Made by a program: the position numbers and the translations under genes. Of a DNA stretch of 64,000 nucleotides, positions 1 through 10,046 are shown one piece after another. Position 1 is the first letter of the stretch; every line of letters begins with the position of its first letter. Source of the DNA: a bacterium (lineage in GTDB: Bacteria > Bacteroidota > Ignavibacteria > UBA10030); the NCBI GenBank assembly GCA_043803945.1, contig JAZDJN010000095.1:1-64000 (forward strand). The letters run 5' to 3'. The notes under the pieces are model-generated. The model did no database searches and was not told the origin of the DNA. It saw nothing but the letters and a program-made list of their open reading frames with translations.

Positions 1-140
1 ACGCACTCTCTGCACGCATAATCGATACTTCGAACATTTAGATGATCTTATCGACGCTGTTATCATGCAGTTTCAGGTGTGGAAAAAACCCAATGGTATC
101 CTTCAGCGACTATGCGCAATCAATTAGGACGCCGTGTATA
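1..140 (+). mobile_element. 3' end of an IS630-family insertion sequence (transposase C-terminus and right end)
   Basis: Frame 2..127 reads RTLCTHNRYFEHLDDLIDAVIMQFQVWKKPNGILQRLCAIN*, resembling IS630 transposase C-termini. It is followed by GACGCCGTGTATA ending in TA, the IS630 target dinucleotide. Truncated by the window edge. Confidence 0.7.
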
Positions 141-368
141 AATACAAAAGCTGAGCTTTTACAATCCCATCAACCTGCTAGCCCAGAACGACCTGGAAAT
201 TTTTCTTAGAAATAAAAAACCCTCAGATTCATTTTGAGCAGAAATTGTTCTCTCCTGGCCAGGAGATATTTTCTTCCCGATTATAGATCGGGACTGAGGG
301 CTATATTATTCTGTCAAGTCATCTCATAGAACATCACCACCTCAGGTATTACTTAAACTCTAACCGTA

Positions 369-1985
369 TCATTTCAGAAGGATGCTCTTCTTAGTTATTG
401 TGCTCTTCCCATCTATTGTCAACGTATAGTAATAGCTGCCTGATGTCGCTTTTGTTCCGAAACTCGTCTTTCCATCCCAAATGGTTCTGTTCATTCCCAC
501 ATCTTGTATCCCATTGATAAGTCTAACGACTTCTTTTCCCAACGAGTCATGAATAATTAAAGAAACAAAAGCTTTTTTGCTCAATTGGTATTCGATCGTC
601 GTTGAAGGATTGAAGGGATTCGGATAGTTTTGAGAAAGAGAAAAACAATTTGGTTGTAGATCTACCTTCTGTACATCTGTAAGATACTTATTGCCACTTA
701 AGATGACAAAATAGCCACGATCCGGTAGTGAAACATCGTCATAAGGAGCAGAATATCCCAGATCACTTACACCATCGCCATTCACATCGCCTATGCCAGA
801 TACAAATATTTTACTTACTCCATTTTTGAACCGCCTTGCTTTCCATTGTGTCGGTGGTTTTGAATTACCGAGGTATACTAAGATACCTGGCGTCATCCCG
901 CCCAAGCCTGCACTAATATAAAAATCTTCAACTCCGTCGGCATTAATATCTCCAATTCTATCCGCATCTACTCCTAACCCTGTGATATATCCTGGTTCTG
1001 GATTTGGGAAAACCATATCTGGAGTCCATCGAATAGAATCTGCACGTCCGAATAAAACATATCCGCTATCAAATTTGCTGCTTACACAATAGATGTCTGT
1101 TTTTCCATCATAATTAAAATCCATCGCACTGAATCTGTAGAGATTATCCATATCCTTAATGTCTTTTGAGCTAAACATCTGATACGAATCTTGTTTACTA
1201 AATGTCCAGTTCTTTTTTCCATAAAATATTTCAAGTGTTGGCTGTTTAGTGATATATTCACTTGCACTGACTGCTAAATCACCATATCCATCCCCATTAA
1301 AATCTTTGATCCGAATACGATACCCAAACTCTCTCCCACCTGGTCTTGCCTCGAGCGAGAGGTCACACTTCCCTTCAAAATTACTCTTCCCGAAGTAGAT
1401 GTAGACTTTTCCTGTTCCCCCTCCCGTCACATCAAAAAAATTGTTTGCACCAATAGCCACATCATCGTATCCATCATGGTTCAAATCACCTATAGCAAAC
1501 GATTCACCAAAATAATGGGGCAATCCCTCTCCACCCATGGCGCATCCTGGAATTGTATCAATGCGCAACGGAGAATTTGATTTACCAAAGTAGACAAAGA
1601 CGCTGTCGAACGCATAGAGGATACTGTCTTGCCGAATATAGATGGGATAAGCGGGTGTCAAGGTAAACAGATCCTTAATCCCATCGCCATTGACATCGCC
1701 AAAACCTAACGGCCAAGAACCTTTTATCATCACATCAGGATTTCTATCGAGAATACCCGGGCCACCAAAGTAGATTAATGTCTTTTTTAGCCCCGCTGCT
1801 CCCACGGCAAAGTCCGGCCATTTGTCATTATTTATATCTCCAAGTCCAAGGAATCCTGTCCCTAATTGCCAGTAGGGATTCGCTTCACCATAGATTTCCA
1901 TGATTGTCTCGATCGGATATTGTGCGAACGTAGTCTGCAGGAGGATGAAGCATAGTAGAGAAAACAACGCCACTCTTTTGAGCAT
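369..1985 (-). CDS. Secreted FG-GAP/VCBS repeat beta-propeller protein with T9SS/FlgD-type C-terminal domain
   Basis: Signal peptide; repeated GDxNxDGxxD...YFG motifs; C-terminal LSQNYPNPFNPSTTIEY...WDG...SGSYYY. Confidence 0.9.
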   Translation of the reverse strand: MLKRVALFSLLCFILLQTTFAQYPIETIMEIYGEANPYWQLGTGFLGLGDINNDKWPDFAVGAAGLKKTLIYFGGPGILDRNPDVMIKGSWPLGFGDVNGDGIKDLFTLTPAYPIYIRQDSILYAFDSVFVYFGKSNSPLRIDTIPGCAMGGEGLPHYFGESFAIGDLNHDGYDDVAIGANNFFDVTGGGTGKVYIYFGKSNFEGKCDLSLEARPGGREFGYRIRIKDFNGDGYGDLAVSASEYITKQPTLEIFYGKKNWTFSKQDSYQMFSSKDIKDMDNLYRFSAMDFNYDGKTDIYCVSSKFDSGYVLFGRADSIRWTPDMVFPNPEPGYITGLGVDADRIGDINADGVEDFYISAGLGGMTPGILVYLGNSKPPTQWKARRFKNGVSKIFVSGIGDVNGDGVSDLGYSAPYDDVSLPDRGYFVILSGNKYLTDVQKVDLQPNCFSLSQNYPNPFNPSTTIEYQLSKKAFVSLIIHDSLGKEVVRLINGIQDVGMNRTIWDGKTSFGTKATSGSYYYTLTIDGKSTITKKSILLK

Positions 1986-2285
1986 GGTTATTGCCTCGTT
2001 GTGAAGAGGGGTAATTTTAAAATTGAGAGGAACACATAAGGTGATTCCCTGAACGCTCGATGAGAGTGAGCGGCAATACTACTACAACTGCGACTAATTA
2101 CAAAGCTATCCTATTCGACAGCTAATGTCAACACCGGTATAACTTTGTAATGGTCTGGATCAATCTTGTCCCCGTCTTTATAACTTTGCGGACAGGTCCC
2201 GTCTTGTTTGGCGGGGCTCTCTCTCAGCAGAGAAGATGTGGTTCTTCTCTATTTATTGGAGGAAAAGCGAGTGGGGGTCATAAGC

Positions 2286-2535
2286 AGATGACCGGCACCT
2301 CGTCTTAGATTAGCCGCATTTAGGTGACGGTCATCTCACAGGCGGAACATCGAGACTGCTTTCCTCAGCACCCTCACCTTGATTTTAAATCGTCCCTCTC
2401 CCATCAATTGGGAGAGGGATTGAGGGTGAGGGCAGAGAAATGCAAATGACCGGCAATTTCCAATTGATTGGCTGCATTCAGAATAGTATCTAACCGTTCG
2501 CTTCACATTAGATTCCTCTATGGAGCGAACGGTTA
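2286..2535. repeat. Cluster of REP-like imperfect palindromes
   Basis: AGATGACCGGCACCT..AGGTGACGGTCATCT (2286-2336); CCCTCACC..CCCTCTCCC..GGGAGAGGG..GGTGAGGG (2371-2432); TAACCGTTCGCT..AGCGAACGGTTA (2491-2535). Relatives occur at 11345-11450 and 23744-23975. Confidence 0.75.
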
Positions 2536-2649
2536 GGTCTGAGAACTTAGAACATCATCATTTTCAGTTCTGGAATGGTTGTGGGCTTGCGCTTACTCCG
2601 GCAAGAAGCCGGATGGAAAGATTCGATCCATCAACAGAATAACGTAAGG

Positions 2650-3000
2650 TTATTTTTCTCTACGTGTGTCGATTGTCGTGTGCAGTTCATCCAATCCATA
2701 ATAGCGGTGCGTAATACCTTTTTGAGAAACGATGACAATACGCAGCCCGGAGGGATCCTTACCCAGCGGTTTACCGACAGGCGCGGTGGTTACCATTTCC
2801 AGTGAACTAGCAAATCCAATTGCATTCCTATGATAATGGCCCGCAAAGATCTGCTTCACGCCGTAGCGTTGGAATAGTGCAATATAGCTCTGCCGAGTAA
2901 TCCTGTCGATTGTAAAATATCCGTCCGGCTCATCAAGCGTTTGAAGAAACCAGGGGTGATGCTGGGCAAAGCAGAAGAGCGGAAAAAGAATCAATCTCAT
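2650..3000 (-). pseudogene. Internally deleted calcineurin-like metallophosphoesterase (CPPED1-like) remnant
   Basis: GGAG RBS and ATG at 3000 give MRLILFPLFCFA joined directly to QHHPWF...FAGHYHRN...VTTAPVGKPLG. Only C-terminal motifs remain; DxH, GD and GNHD are absent. Confidence 0.7.
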
Positions 3001-3010
3001 AAATCTCCAA

Positions 3011-3577
3011 TCAACCAAGATATCCCAGATGCTCAAGTACAATTTTAATACCGATGACAATCAGTATCGATCCCCCAATAATCTCGGCCCTCTTTGCAAG
3101 CAGGCACCCCGTTCTCTCGCCCAGCAATACTCCTACAAATGAAAGACAAAAAGTCACCAGACCGATCAACATCGAAGGGGTTACAATAGAAACGGCGAGA
3201 AAGGCAAAACTCAGGCCGACTGCCAGAGCATCGATGCTTGTTGCAATAGAAAGAAGAAAGAGAAGAGAGAAGCTGAGCACCTCTGATTGTTGTTTTACTT
3301 GCTCAGAGCGTAAGCCATCATAAATCATTTTCATGCCAACACCCAGCAGCAGTCCGAAGGCGATCCAATGATCGACGCCGGCAATGAAATCCCGTAAGCG
3401 CAGGCCCGCCCACCATCCAAGCATCGGCATCAAGGCCTGAAACGATCCGAAGAACATTGCAATGGTGAAAGCATTTCTGACCCTCAGCTCTTTTATAGTG
3501 ATGCCGCGGGCAACGGAGACAGCGAATGCATCCATGGACAATCCCAGAGCGACTATCAGAATCGTAAGGAGATTCAC
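3011..3577 (-). CDS. mntP: Manganese efflux pump MntP
   Basis: Two LSMDAFAV / TSIDALAVG repeats and DHWIAF. GTG start at 3577 after GAAGGA (ORF track extends to 3631). Confidence 0.9.
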   Translation of the reverse strand: MNLLTILIVALGLSMDAFAVSVARGITIKELRVRNAFTIAMFFGSFQALMPMLGWWAGLRLRDFIAGVDHWIAFGLLLGVGMKMIYDGLRSEQVKQQSEVLSFSLLFLLSIATSIDALAVGLSFAFLAVSIVTPSMLIGLVTFCLSFVGVLLGERTGCLLAKRAEIIGGSILIVIGIKIVLEHLGYLG

Positions 3578-3663
3578 GCTGTCATCCTTCTCTTTTCTCA
3601 CCCGAATTGAATGAGATCTTGATGGCATCAAAACATCGTACGTGAGCGTGAGAGCGGAACCTC

Positions 3664-4512
3664 TCAGGCATGGTTTTGCGGTCCTTTGATCATCTCATCA
3701 TAGATTTTTCTAAACTGTTGGACATCCTCCCACGTTGGTCTCTTCCAGTTTGGATTCCGTAACAGTGCTGCTGGATGATAGGTGACCATCAGTTTAATAC
3801 CGCGATAGTTATGGGTGGTGCCCCGAAGATCGCCCAGGCTTTTTGTTGTGCGAAGCAGCGTCTGACCGGCGATGCGGCCAAGGCACAAAATGATTTTCGG
3901 TTTTATCAGTTCGAGCTGCTTCCAGAGATACGGCTCACAGTGGTCAACTTCATCGGGGTGAGGATCGCGATTGCCAGGCGGGCGGCATTTCAGAATATTG
4001 CAGATGTACACCTCTTCCCGCTTCAGGTGAATTGCTTCCAATATTTTATTGAGGAGCTGCCCCGCCCTTCCTACAAATGGTTCTCCCTGCAAATCTTCTT
4101 CGGCTCCCGGCGCTTCACCGACGATCACGATCTCGGCATGGGGATTGCCGACACCAAAGACAAACTTCGTGCGCGTGCTGCCGAGGGCACATTTCGTACA
4201 ATCGCAGGTCGTCGAGTTAAGATCTTCAATCGACTGTGTGCTCGTCCATGGTTCCTTTGGAAATTCCGGAAGCCGAATCTCTGGCAAGGGCGTTGAGGGT
4301 GGTATGGTCTTCCCAAAAAGATCTTTTTCCTCAACAGGTGGTATAGGACGATCTATCTGTTTTTTCTTGGGTGGCATTGAGGGCTCGATTTGTTCGTTCT
4401 TCGGAGAATCAGCTTCAACAACAATCATGTCTCCAAACAGTTCTTTTTGTTGCTGTAAGACCTGTTGGATATCGTCTAACAATTTCTTTACATCATGGTG
4501 GGTGTCAGGCAT
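3664..4512 (-). CDS. Uracil-DNA glycosylase, family 4 (Fe-S)
   Basis: CxxCx[21 protein letters not shown] and YHPAALL motifs; proline-rich N-terminal extension. Confidence 0.93.
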   Translation of the reverse strand: MPDTHHDVKKLLDDIQQVLQQQKELFGDMIVVEADSPKNEQIEPSMPPKKKQIDRPIPPVEEKDLFGKTIPPSTPLPEIRLPEFPKEPWTSTQSIEDLNSTTCDCTKCALGSTRTKFVFGVGNPHAEIVIVGEAPGAEEDLQGEPFVGRAGQLLNKILEAIHLKREEVYICNILKCRPPGNRDPHPDEVDHCEPYLWKQLELIKPKIILCLGRIAGQTLLRTTKSLGDLRGTTHNYRGIKLMVTYHPAALLRNPNWKRPTWEDVQQFRKIYDEMIKGPQNHA

Positions 4513-4790
4513 CTTGACAGTATAGGGCTAGACGTATTTACTCAGTAAGTTCTCCACTGATGGCACACCGAGATACACAGACAATGGTTTTGTTTGTTCT
4601 TTCTTAAAACAAGATCTCTCACTACTTACTCTTCTCGGTGATTATCTGTGTGCCATCGGTGGTGAAAAATGATTTATTTTCTGTTGAGATGAGCAGTACA
4701 ACTAAAAACAATTTACCCCGAACGGTAACTTTTCGGGGTTGTAATGATTATCAGAAACACGTTTGCAGGTGGAACAAAGGTAATCTTCGC

Positions 4791-6005
4791 TTACCAATGC
4801 TTCTTCACCCGGTGGAGAATTTCTCGAGCGACATCGATCTTTGGCATTTTGCCAAGCTTTTCGGTTTTACCGTTCCGATCAATAATGGTTACCACGTTTG
4901 TTTCGGTCCCAAATCCTGCCCCTTCATCCTTGAGTGAATTCAGGACGATGAGGTCAAGATTTTTCTTTTTTAGCTTCTCTTTAGCGTTGCGGAGTTCGTT
5001 CTGGGTTTCCAGCGCAAATCCTACCAACACCTGATTTTTTCTTTTCTTTGTACCGAGTGATTGCAGAATGTCCGGCGTTGGAGTAAGTGTCAGTATCAAC
5101 TCTTGCCGATTGGAGTTCTTTTTAATTTTCTCTGCCGATTGTGTACGTGGAGCATAATCGGCAACCGCAGCGGACATGATGATGACATCGGCTTCCGCAG
5201 CATGTGCGAGGACAGCCTTGTGCATCTGCTCTGCTGTTTCAACGTTCACCCGTGTAACATTGCGCGGCGTTTCAATGTGCACCGGTCCAGAAATCAGTAT
5301 GATCCGCGCACCCCGCTGTGCTGCAGCGCTGGCAAGCGCAAATCCCATCTTCCCCGACGATCGGTTACCAATGAACCGAACCGGGTCAATTGCCTCGTAG
5401 GTTGGTCCGGCTGTAACAAGAAGATGTTTGCCCTGAAAATCCTGTACGCTTTTATCGAGCACTCCGCAGACAAACTGGAAGATCGTCTCGATCTCAGGAA
5501 GCCGTCCAGGACCTTTGAGTCCGCTTGCCAGTTCTCCTTCTGCGGGCTGGATGACGTAATATCCATGCTCTTTAAGTATAGCCAGATTGTGCTGTGTAAT
5601 CGGGTTCAGGTACATATCGGCATCCATTGTCGGTGCTAGCACAATGGGCCTCGGGGTCGCCAGCGCTATGATTGTCAGCAGATTGTCCGAGAGGCCATAG
5701 GTGAGCTTGGCAATAGTATTTGCAGATGCTGGAGCAATGACAAAAACATCTGCCCAGTTGGCAAGGTCGATGTGCCGCGTGGCAATGTTGGAGGCCGGCG
5801 AGTGATCGGGCGCCCAGAGATCGGAAAGGACCTCATGACCGGAAAGCGTTGCAAAGGTCAGCGGGGCGACAAACTTCGTTGCCGCTTCCGTCATCACAAT
5901 GCGAACCTGCGCACGGGCTTTGATAAACTCGCGCACCAGATAACACACCTTATATGCGGCAATGCCCCCGGTGACACCGACGACAATATGCTTTCCGTTC
6001 AGCAC
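4791..6005 (-). CDS. coaBC: Bifunctional phosphopantothenoylcysteine decarboxylase/ligase
   Basis: GVTGGIAAYK, APASANTIAK, TAGPTYEAIDPVRFIGNRSSGKMG, GFALET. Confidence 0.97.
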   Translation of the reverse strand: MLNGKHIVVGVTGGIAAYKVCYLVREFIKARAQVRIVMTEAATKFVAPLTFATLSGHEVLSDLWAPDHSPASNIATRHIDLANWADVFVIAPASANTIAKLTYGLSDNLLTIIALATPRPIVLAPTMDADMYLNPITQHNLAILKEHGYYVIQPAEGELASGLKGPGRLPEIETIFQFVCGVLDKSVQDFQGKHLLVTAGPTYEAIDPVRFIGNRSSGKMGFALASAAAQRGARIILISGPVHIETPRNVTRVNVETAEQMHKAVLAHAAEADVIIMSAAVADYAPRTQSAEKIKKNSNRQELILTLTPTPDILQSLGTKKRKNQVLVGFALETQNELRNAKEKLKKKNLDLIVLNSLKDEGAGFGTETNVVTIIDRNGKTEKLGKMPKIDVAREILHRVKKHW

Positions 6006-6016
6006 GGCACTGTTCT

Positions 6017-6355
6017 CTATTCGTTATCGGCTTCTTCTGCTTGCTTCTCTTCGGTCTTGTTGTATCGCCAGTCGACTTTACCGTTGGTTAATTCCTGAAT
6101 CGCGGTATCGGTTGGCTTCGGACGCTTTTCGAACTCCAGACTGATCCTCAGCTGATCGGGGTTGGCGGTAACGTCAAGGTCGTCTTCGCTTTCCGTGACA
6201 TTGGATAGCTGGTTCAGTATTTCAATCCGCTGGTTCAGCTCTATTTTAGTGTCCGAGTGAATCTGGCGCGCGCGCTTCGAAGCAATAACTATTGCTTCAT
6301 AAATATCCGTCGCAACGGTTGAATATTTTTCTATATCGATTGGTTTTACTGGCAA
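6017..6355 (-). CDS. rpoZ: RNA polymerase omega subunit
   Basis: IYEAIVIASKRARQI...FEKRPKPT; conserved gmk-rpoZ-coaBC order. Confidence 0.88.
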   Translation of the reverse strand: MPVKPIDIEKYSTVATDIYEAIVIASKRARQIHSDTKIELNQRIEILNQLSNVTESEDDLDVTANPDQLRISLEFEKRPKPTDTAIQELTNGKVDWRYNKTEEKQAEEADNE

Positions 6356-6373
6356 TGCTGATCCTCCAAGTAA

Positions 6374-6982
6374 TTATGATTGTAATAAGAGACGCTCTGT
6401 GTTGGCATGAACGATCGCCTGCACCTGTTTAACAGCTTTCTCCAGGTTATCGTTCACCACCTGATAATCAAATTCGTTTCCAAATTCCATTTCCATCGGC
6501 ACACGGTCGAGCCGCCGCAGGATCGTTGCTTCGTCTTCGGTTTTTCTGTTGATCAGACGGTCTCTCAGAATTTCGAAGCTGGGCGGATGAATAAAAATCA
6601 ACACGGCATCATGCGGATACTGTCGCTTAATTGACAATCCTCCTTTAACATCGATGTCGAAGAGCATGGTTGCGCCGGATGAAAGTGCTTTTTCTATTTC
6701 TGTCCGGAGTGTCCCATAGAGATTGCCATAGATTTCTTCCCACTCAACAAGCCCGTTTTCCTGTATTCGTGTTTCAAAGTCTTTCCGGCTCAGAAAAAAG
6801 TAATCTTTCCCGTGAACTTCATTCCCGCGTTGTGCCCGTGTTGTTGCCGAAATGGAAAAGAGCATTCCGGGATTGTTGTTCAGAACCGCTTTTACAATGG
6901 TCGTCTTACCTGCGCCGCTTGGCGCCGAGACAACGATAAGTTTTCCCCTCATGCGGGTGTCTTTTTCACCTGCCACAGCCAT
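6374..6982 (-). CDS. gmk: Guanylate kinase
   Basis: SAPSGAGKTT, SATTR, GKDYFF, YGNLYGT. Confidence 0.97.
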   Translation of the reverse strand: MAVAGEKDTRMRGKLIVVSAPSGAGKTTIVKAVLNNNPGMLFSISATTRAQRGNEVHGKDYFFLSRKDFETRIQENGLVEWEEIYGNLYGTLRTEIEKALSSGATMLFDIDVKGGLSIKRQYPHDAVLIFIHPPSFEILRDRLINRKTEDEATILRRLDRVPMEMEFGNEFDYQVVNDNLEKAVKQVQAIVHANTERLLLQS

Positions 6983-7050
6983 GTTCTGCCTGCCCTAGAG
7001 CTTTTATCGCTTTTCAAATCCCACTCCCTCACCCAACTCTTTTGATACAG

Positions 7051-7093
7051 TATGCTTAATGCTTCATACTCTATACTTTATACTTTATACTTC
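7051..7093. repeat. Degenerate 7-mer tandem repeat (TATACTT-like)
   Basis: tatgctt aatgctt catactc tatactt tatactt tatactt between yicC and gmk. Confidence 0.7.
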
Positions 7094-7096
7094 TAC

Positions 7097-7978
7097 TCAT
7101 TCAATATTCTGCAGTTGCTCGCGTATCTTTTCGAGCTCTTCCTTGATGCCGACAACAAGATGGGCAAGTTCCGCATCGGAGGTTTTCGATCCGATGGTAT
7201 TTACCTCACGATTAATTTCCTGCACCAGAAAATTCAGCTTGCGTCCGGCCGGTTCGTTGTCCTCCATTGCCGTAAGAAAGAACTTGTTATGGCTTCGAAA
7301 ACGGACACATTCTTCTGTAACATCAAGTTTGTCGGAGAGCAGGGCGATTTCAAGTTCAAGTCGATTCTGATCGAGAACAGTTTTATCTTCAAGGAGCTGG
7401 CCAATGCGTTCATATAATCTGGCTCGTTCTTCAGGAATGCGCTGTTTCGACAGTTCTTCAATTTTTTCCACTGTCTCATTGATCCTGTTGATGCGCTTTG
7501 TCAGGTCTTTTGCCAGTTCCTTTCCTTCGTTGCGCCGCATCGTGTTCAGATCACTGAGCGCAGCCTCAACAGCCTCAACAATAATAAGCCACTGTTCATT
7601 ATCATCCTCTTCCTCTTTCTGTACTTCGAAAATTTCTGAAAACTTCAACAGGTGTTCAAGTTTCACCTTCTCCTGAATTTTCGTTGTCTTTCGGAGCTGA
7701 TTGAGGAGCTTCATGTACGATTTAGCGGCAGCAGTATTCACCGAAAGCGGGGCCGTGCTATTACTTTCGTCTTCAAGTGAAATTGACACCGTCAGGTTCC
7801 CGCGGTTAACGCGGGATCTGATTACTTCCTTCAAATCCATTTCACGCTGTGCAAGCGGACGCGGCAGGCGCGTGGTAATTTCAAGGTACCTGCTATTAAC
7901 GCTTCTTACTTCCACCGACGCTGTGATTCCGTTACGGGTCACTTCCGCTCGGCCAAAGCCGGTCATGCTGGCTATCAC
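7097..7978 (-). CDS. yicC: YicC/YloC family endoribonuclease
   Basis: SMTGFG, RSVNSRYLE, GRKLNFLVQEINREVNTIGSK, EKIREQLQNIE. GTG start at 7978. Confidence 0.95.
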   Translation of the reverse strand: MIASMTGFGRAEVTRNGITASVEVRSVNSRYLEITTRLPRPLAQREMDLKEVIRSRVNRGNLTVSISLEDESNSTAPLSVNTAAAKSYMKLLNQLRKTTKIQEKVKLEHLLKFSEIFEVQKEEEDDNEQWLIIVEAVEAALSDLNTMRRNEGKELAKDLTKRINRINETVEKIEELSKQRIPEERARLYERIGQLLEDKTVLDQNRLELEIALLSDKLDVTEECVRFRSHNKFFLTAMEDNEPAGRKLNFLVQEINREVNTIGSKTSDAELAHLVVGIKEELEKIREQLQNIE

Positions 7979-8065
7979 GCTTTGCTGCCTTTCTCCAGTT
8001 TTTTCACATTGGGATCGAAATTTACGCAATTTTTAAGGCGTGGGCAAGGAAAAGTTCGACACCTT

Positions 8066-8152
8066 CTATCCACATTCTTATCCACAGGTGTGAATGATTG
8101 TTTATTGCATTTTCCTCGAAATTTGTGAACCTTCAGTACAAATTGTGGATAA
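8066..8152. promoter_or_regulatory. DnaA-box cluster in the yicC/rqcH divergent intergenic region
   Basis: CTATCCACA 8066-8074, TTATCCACA 8078-8086, TGTGAATGA 8089-8097, TGTGGATAA 8144-8152. Confidence 0.65.
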
Positions 8153-8155
8153 CAA

Positions 8156-9838
8156 ATGATCGCAAATTACTATACCCTCCTTCATGTTTCCCGCTCGCTC
8201 AATGTTGAATTACACCGGAGCGTACTTGTCGAGATATTCTGCCAGAATAAAAACGAATTATTACTGACTGTGGAATCGGCACAAGGCTTTCAGACACTTC
8301 TCGTTTCCTGCGAGCCGACAGCAACTTTTCTGTACCTACGGAAGGAAGTGCCCCGGGCAAAACGAAATTCGCTCGATTTTTTTCCTCAGGCACATGGCAG
8401 ACTGATAACTACCGTTTCCATACATCCTCACGACCGGGTGCTCTCTTTCTCGCTCGATAACGATATGGTGATTGTTGTCCAGCTCTTTGGATCGAAATCG
8501 AATATTCTGCTGGTGAATCATGCGGGCACAATTGTCGATGCATTCCTTCACTCCAAAGAAGTGGTCGGCGAACGGTTGTCCGTTGCTCACGATCCCGCGG
8601 CACACCACAGTGTAACTTTTGAGGAATTCCGATCTATTCTCGGTTCAGTCGGAACTATTATTCTTCCTGCAGCTCTCAAACGAGTGTACCCGCGCTTCGG
8701 CCCCGTGTTGATTCGGGAGTTGTACATGCTGGCCGGAGTGTCAGAGGAGAACCTCGCCGCCGAATTATCACAGGATGCCCTTGAGCATTTATTCAAAGCA
8801 GCCCAATCGCTCGAGACACAGTTGGTGGAACATCCTGTCCCATGCATTTACTACGAGGGCGATTCCCCTCAACAATTTTCCATTATTCCACTCCGGCGCT
8901 TTCATGAGTACCGGTGCGAACAATTCGATTCATTGCACCGTGCTCTCCTGACCTATATCGGCGGTTCACGAAAGCGTTCTTCGCTCGAAAAGGAGAAGGA
9001 GAGAATTCAACAGTTTATGTTACATGCCATCGAGCGTGCCGATCGAACGCTGAAAAAAATTGCCGACGAAACTGTGATACTCGAACGTGCTCTCTCATAC
9101 GAACGGTTTGGCAAATTACTGATGGCGAATCTGCAGGAGATGCAGAAAGGGCAGAAGGAAGTTATCCTCGAAAATATCTTCGAGCCACAGCGGGAACTGA
9201 TTGCCATTCCCCTGGATGTCCATCTGAACCCTGCGAAAAATGCCGAGCGCTATTTTGACAAGGCAAAGAAGGCGCGTGCCGGGGTGCAAGAGAAGATTGA
9301 ACACAAGGAAGAACTGGTGCGCCAGTGGGAGATCCTTCAGGAGCTGCGCGATCTTGTAGAACCTCTTCAGACATCGGATCAGCTCGCCGAGTTTTTCCTG
9401 CAACAGCAATCACGCCTCATCGATGTTGGATTCCGCATATCTGTTGAACGGGGGGGCGAAAAGAAAGAGCTGCCGCCCTTCCGATTGTTTACTGTGGCCG
9501 GCGGATTTCAGGTCTGGGCCGGTAAGAGCAGCGAGAACAACGATGTACTCACAATGAAGCATGCAAAGCCCAGCGATCTCTGGTTTCATACACGCGGATC
9601 GAGCGGTTCGCATGTTATTCTCCGCACGGGTACAGGAAAGGGCCAGCCAAGCAAGCAGGCCATTGAGCAAGCGGCAGCTATTGCTGCATATTATAGTAAA
9701 ATGAAGAACGCGAAACATGTTCCCGTCGCAATGACCGAACGGAAGTATGTGCGCAAACCGAAGGGGGCACCCGCCGGAACAGTTGTCCTTGAACGGGAGA
9801 AACTTCTCTTCGTCGAGCCGAGGCTTCCTGAGCAGTGA
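8156..9838 (+). CDS. rqcH: NFACT/Rqc2 family ribosome quality-control protein (FbpA-like)
   Basis: N-terminal FbpA domain (DRVLSF, LFGSKSNILL), NPAKNAERYF, and C-terminal NFACT-R (GKSSENND, DLWFH, GSHVIL, YVRKPKG). Confidence 0.9.
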   Translation: MIANYYTLLHVSRSLNVELHRSVLVEIFCQNKNELLLTVESAQGFQTLLVSCEPTATFLYLRKEVPRAKRNSLDFFPQAHGRLITTVSIHPHDRVLSFSLDNDMVIVVQLFGSKSNILLVNHAGTIVDAFLHSKEVVGERLSVAHDPAAHHSVTFEEFRSILGSVGTIILPAALKRVYPRFGPVLIRELYMLAGVSEENLAAELSQDALEHLFKAAQSLETQLVEHPVPCIYYEGDSPQQFSIIPLRRFHEYRCEQFDSLHRALLTYIGGSRKRSSLEKEKERIQQFMLHAIERADRTLKKIADETVILERALSYERFGKLLMANLQEMQKGQKEVILENIFEPQRELIAIPLDVHLNPAKNAERYFDKAKKARAGVQEKIEHKEELVRQWEILQELRDLVEPLQTSDQLAEFFLQQQSRLIDVGFRISVERGGEKKELPPFRLFTVAGGFQVWAGKSSENNDVLTMKHAKPSDLWFHTRGSSGSHVILRTGTGKGQPSKQAIEQAAAIAAYYSKMKNAKHVPVAMTERKYVRKPKGAPAGTVVLEREKLLFVEPRLPEQ

Positions 9839-9932
9839 TCTTCATTGCGCGGCGAGCATTTGTTTTTGTCTCTTGCACCGGGTTTCATTTTTAAGTAAGA
9901 TGGTCAGAGTGATATGAATTTTAGAGGGATTG

Positions 9933-9952
9933 CCCCGACCTTCAGGTCGGGG
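9933..9952. repeat. Short palindrome CCCCGACC-TTCA-GGTCGGGG
   Basis: Perfect 8-bp stem downstream of rqcH; REP-like or terminator. Confidence 0.5.
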
Positions 9953-10046
9953 ATAGATAAATCAAAAGAATATTTAGAACTTTAGCCCTTTTTAATTGAC
10001 TGGTCAATTTTTGTAGGACTGGCTTAACAAATTTTTCGAATCATAC

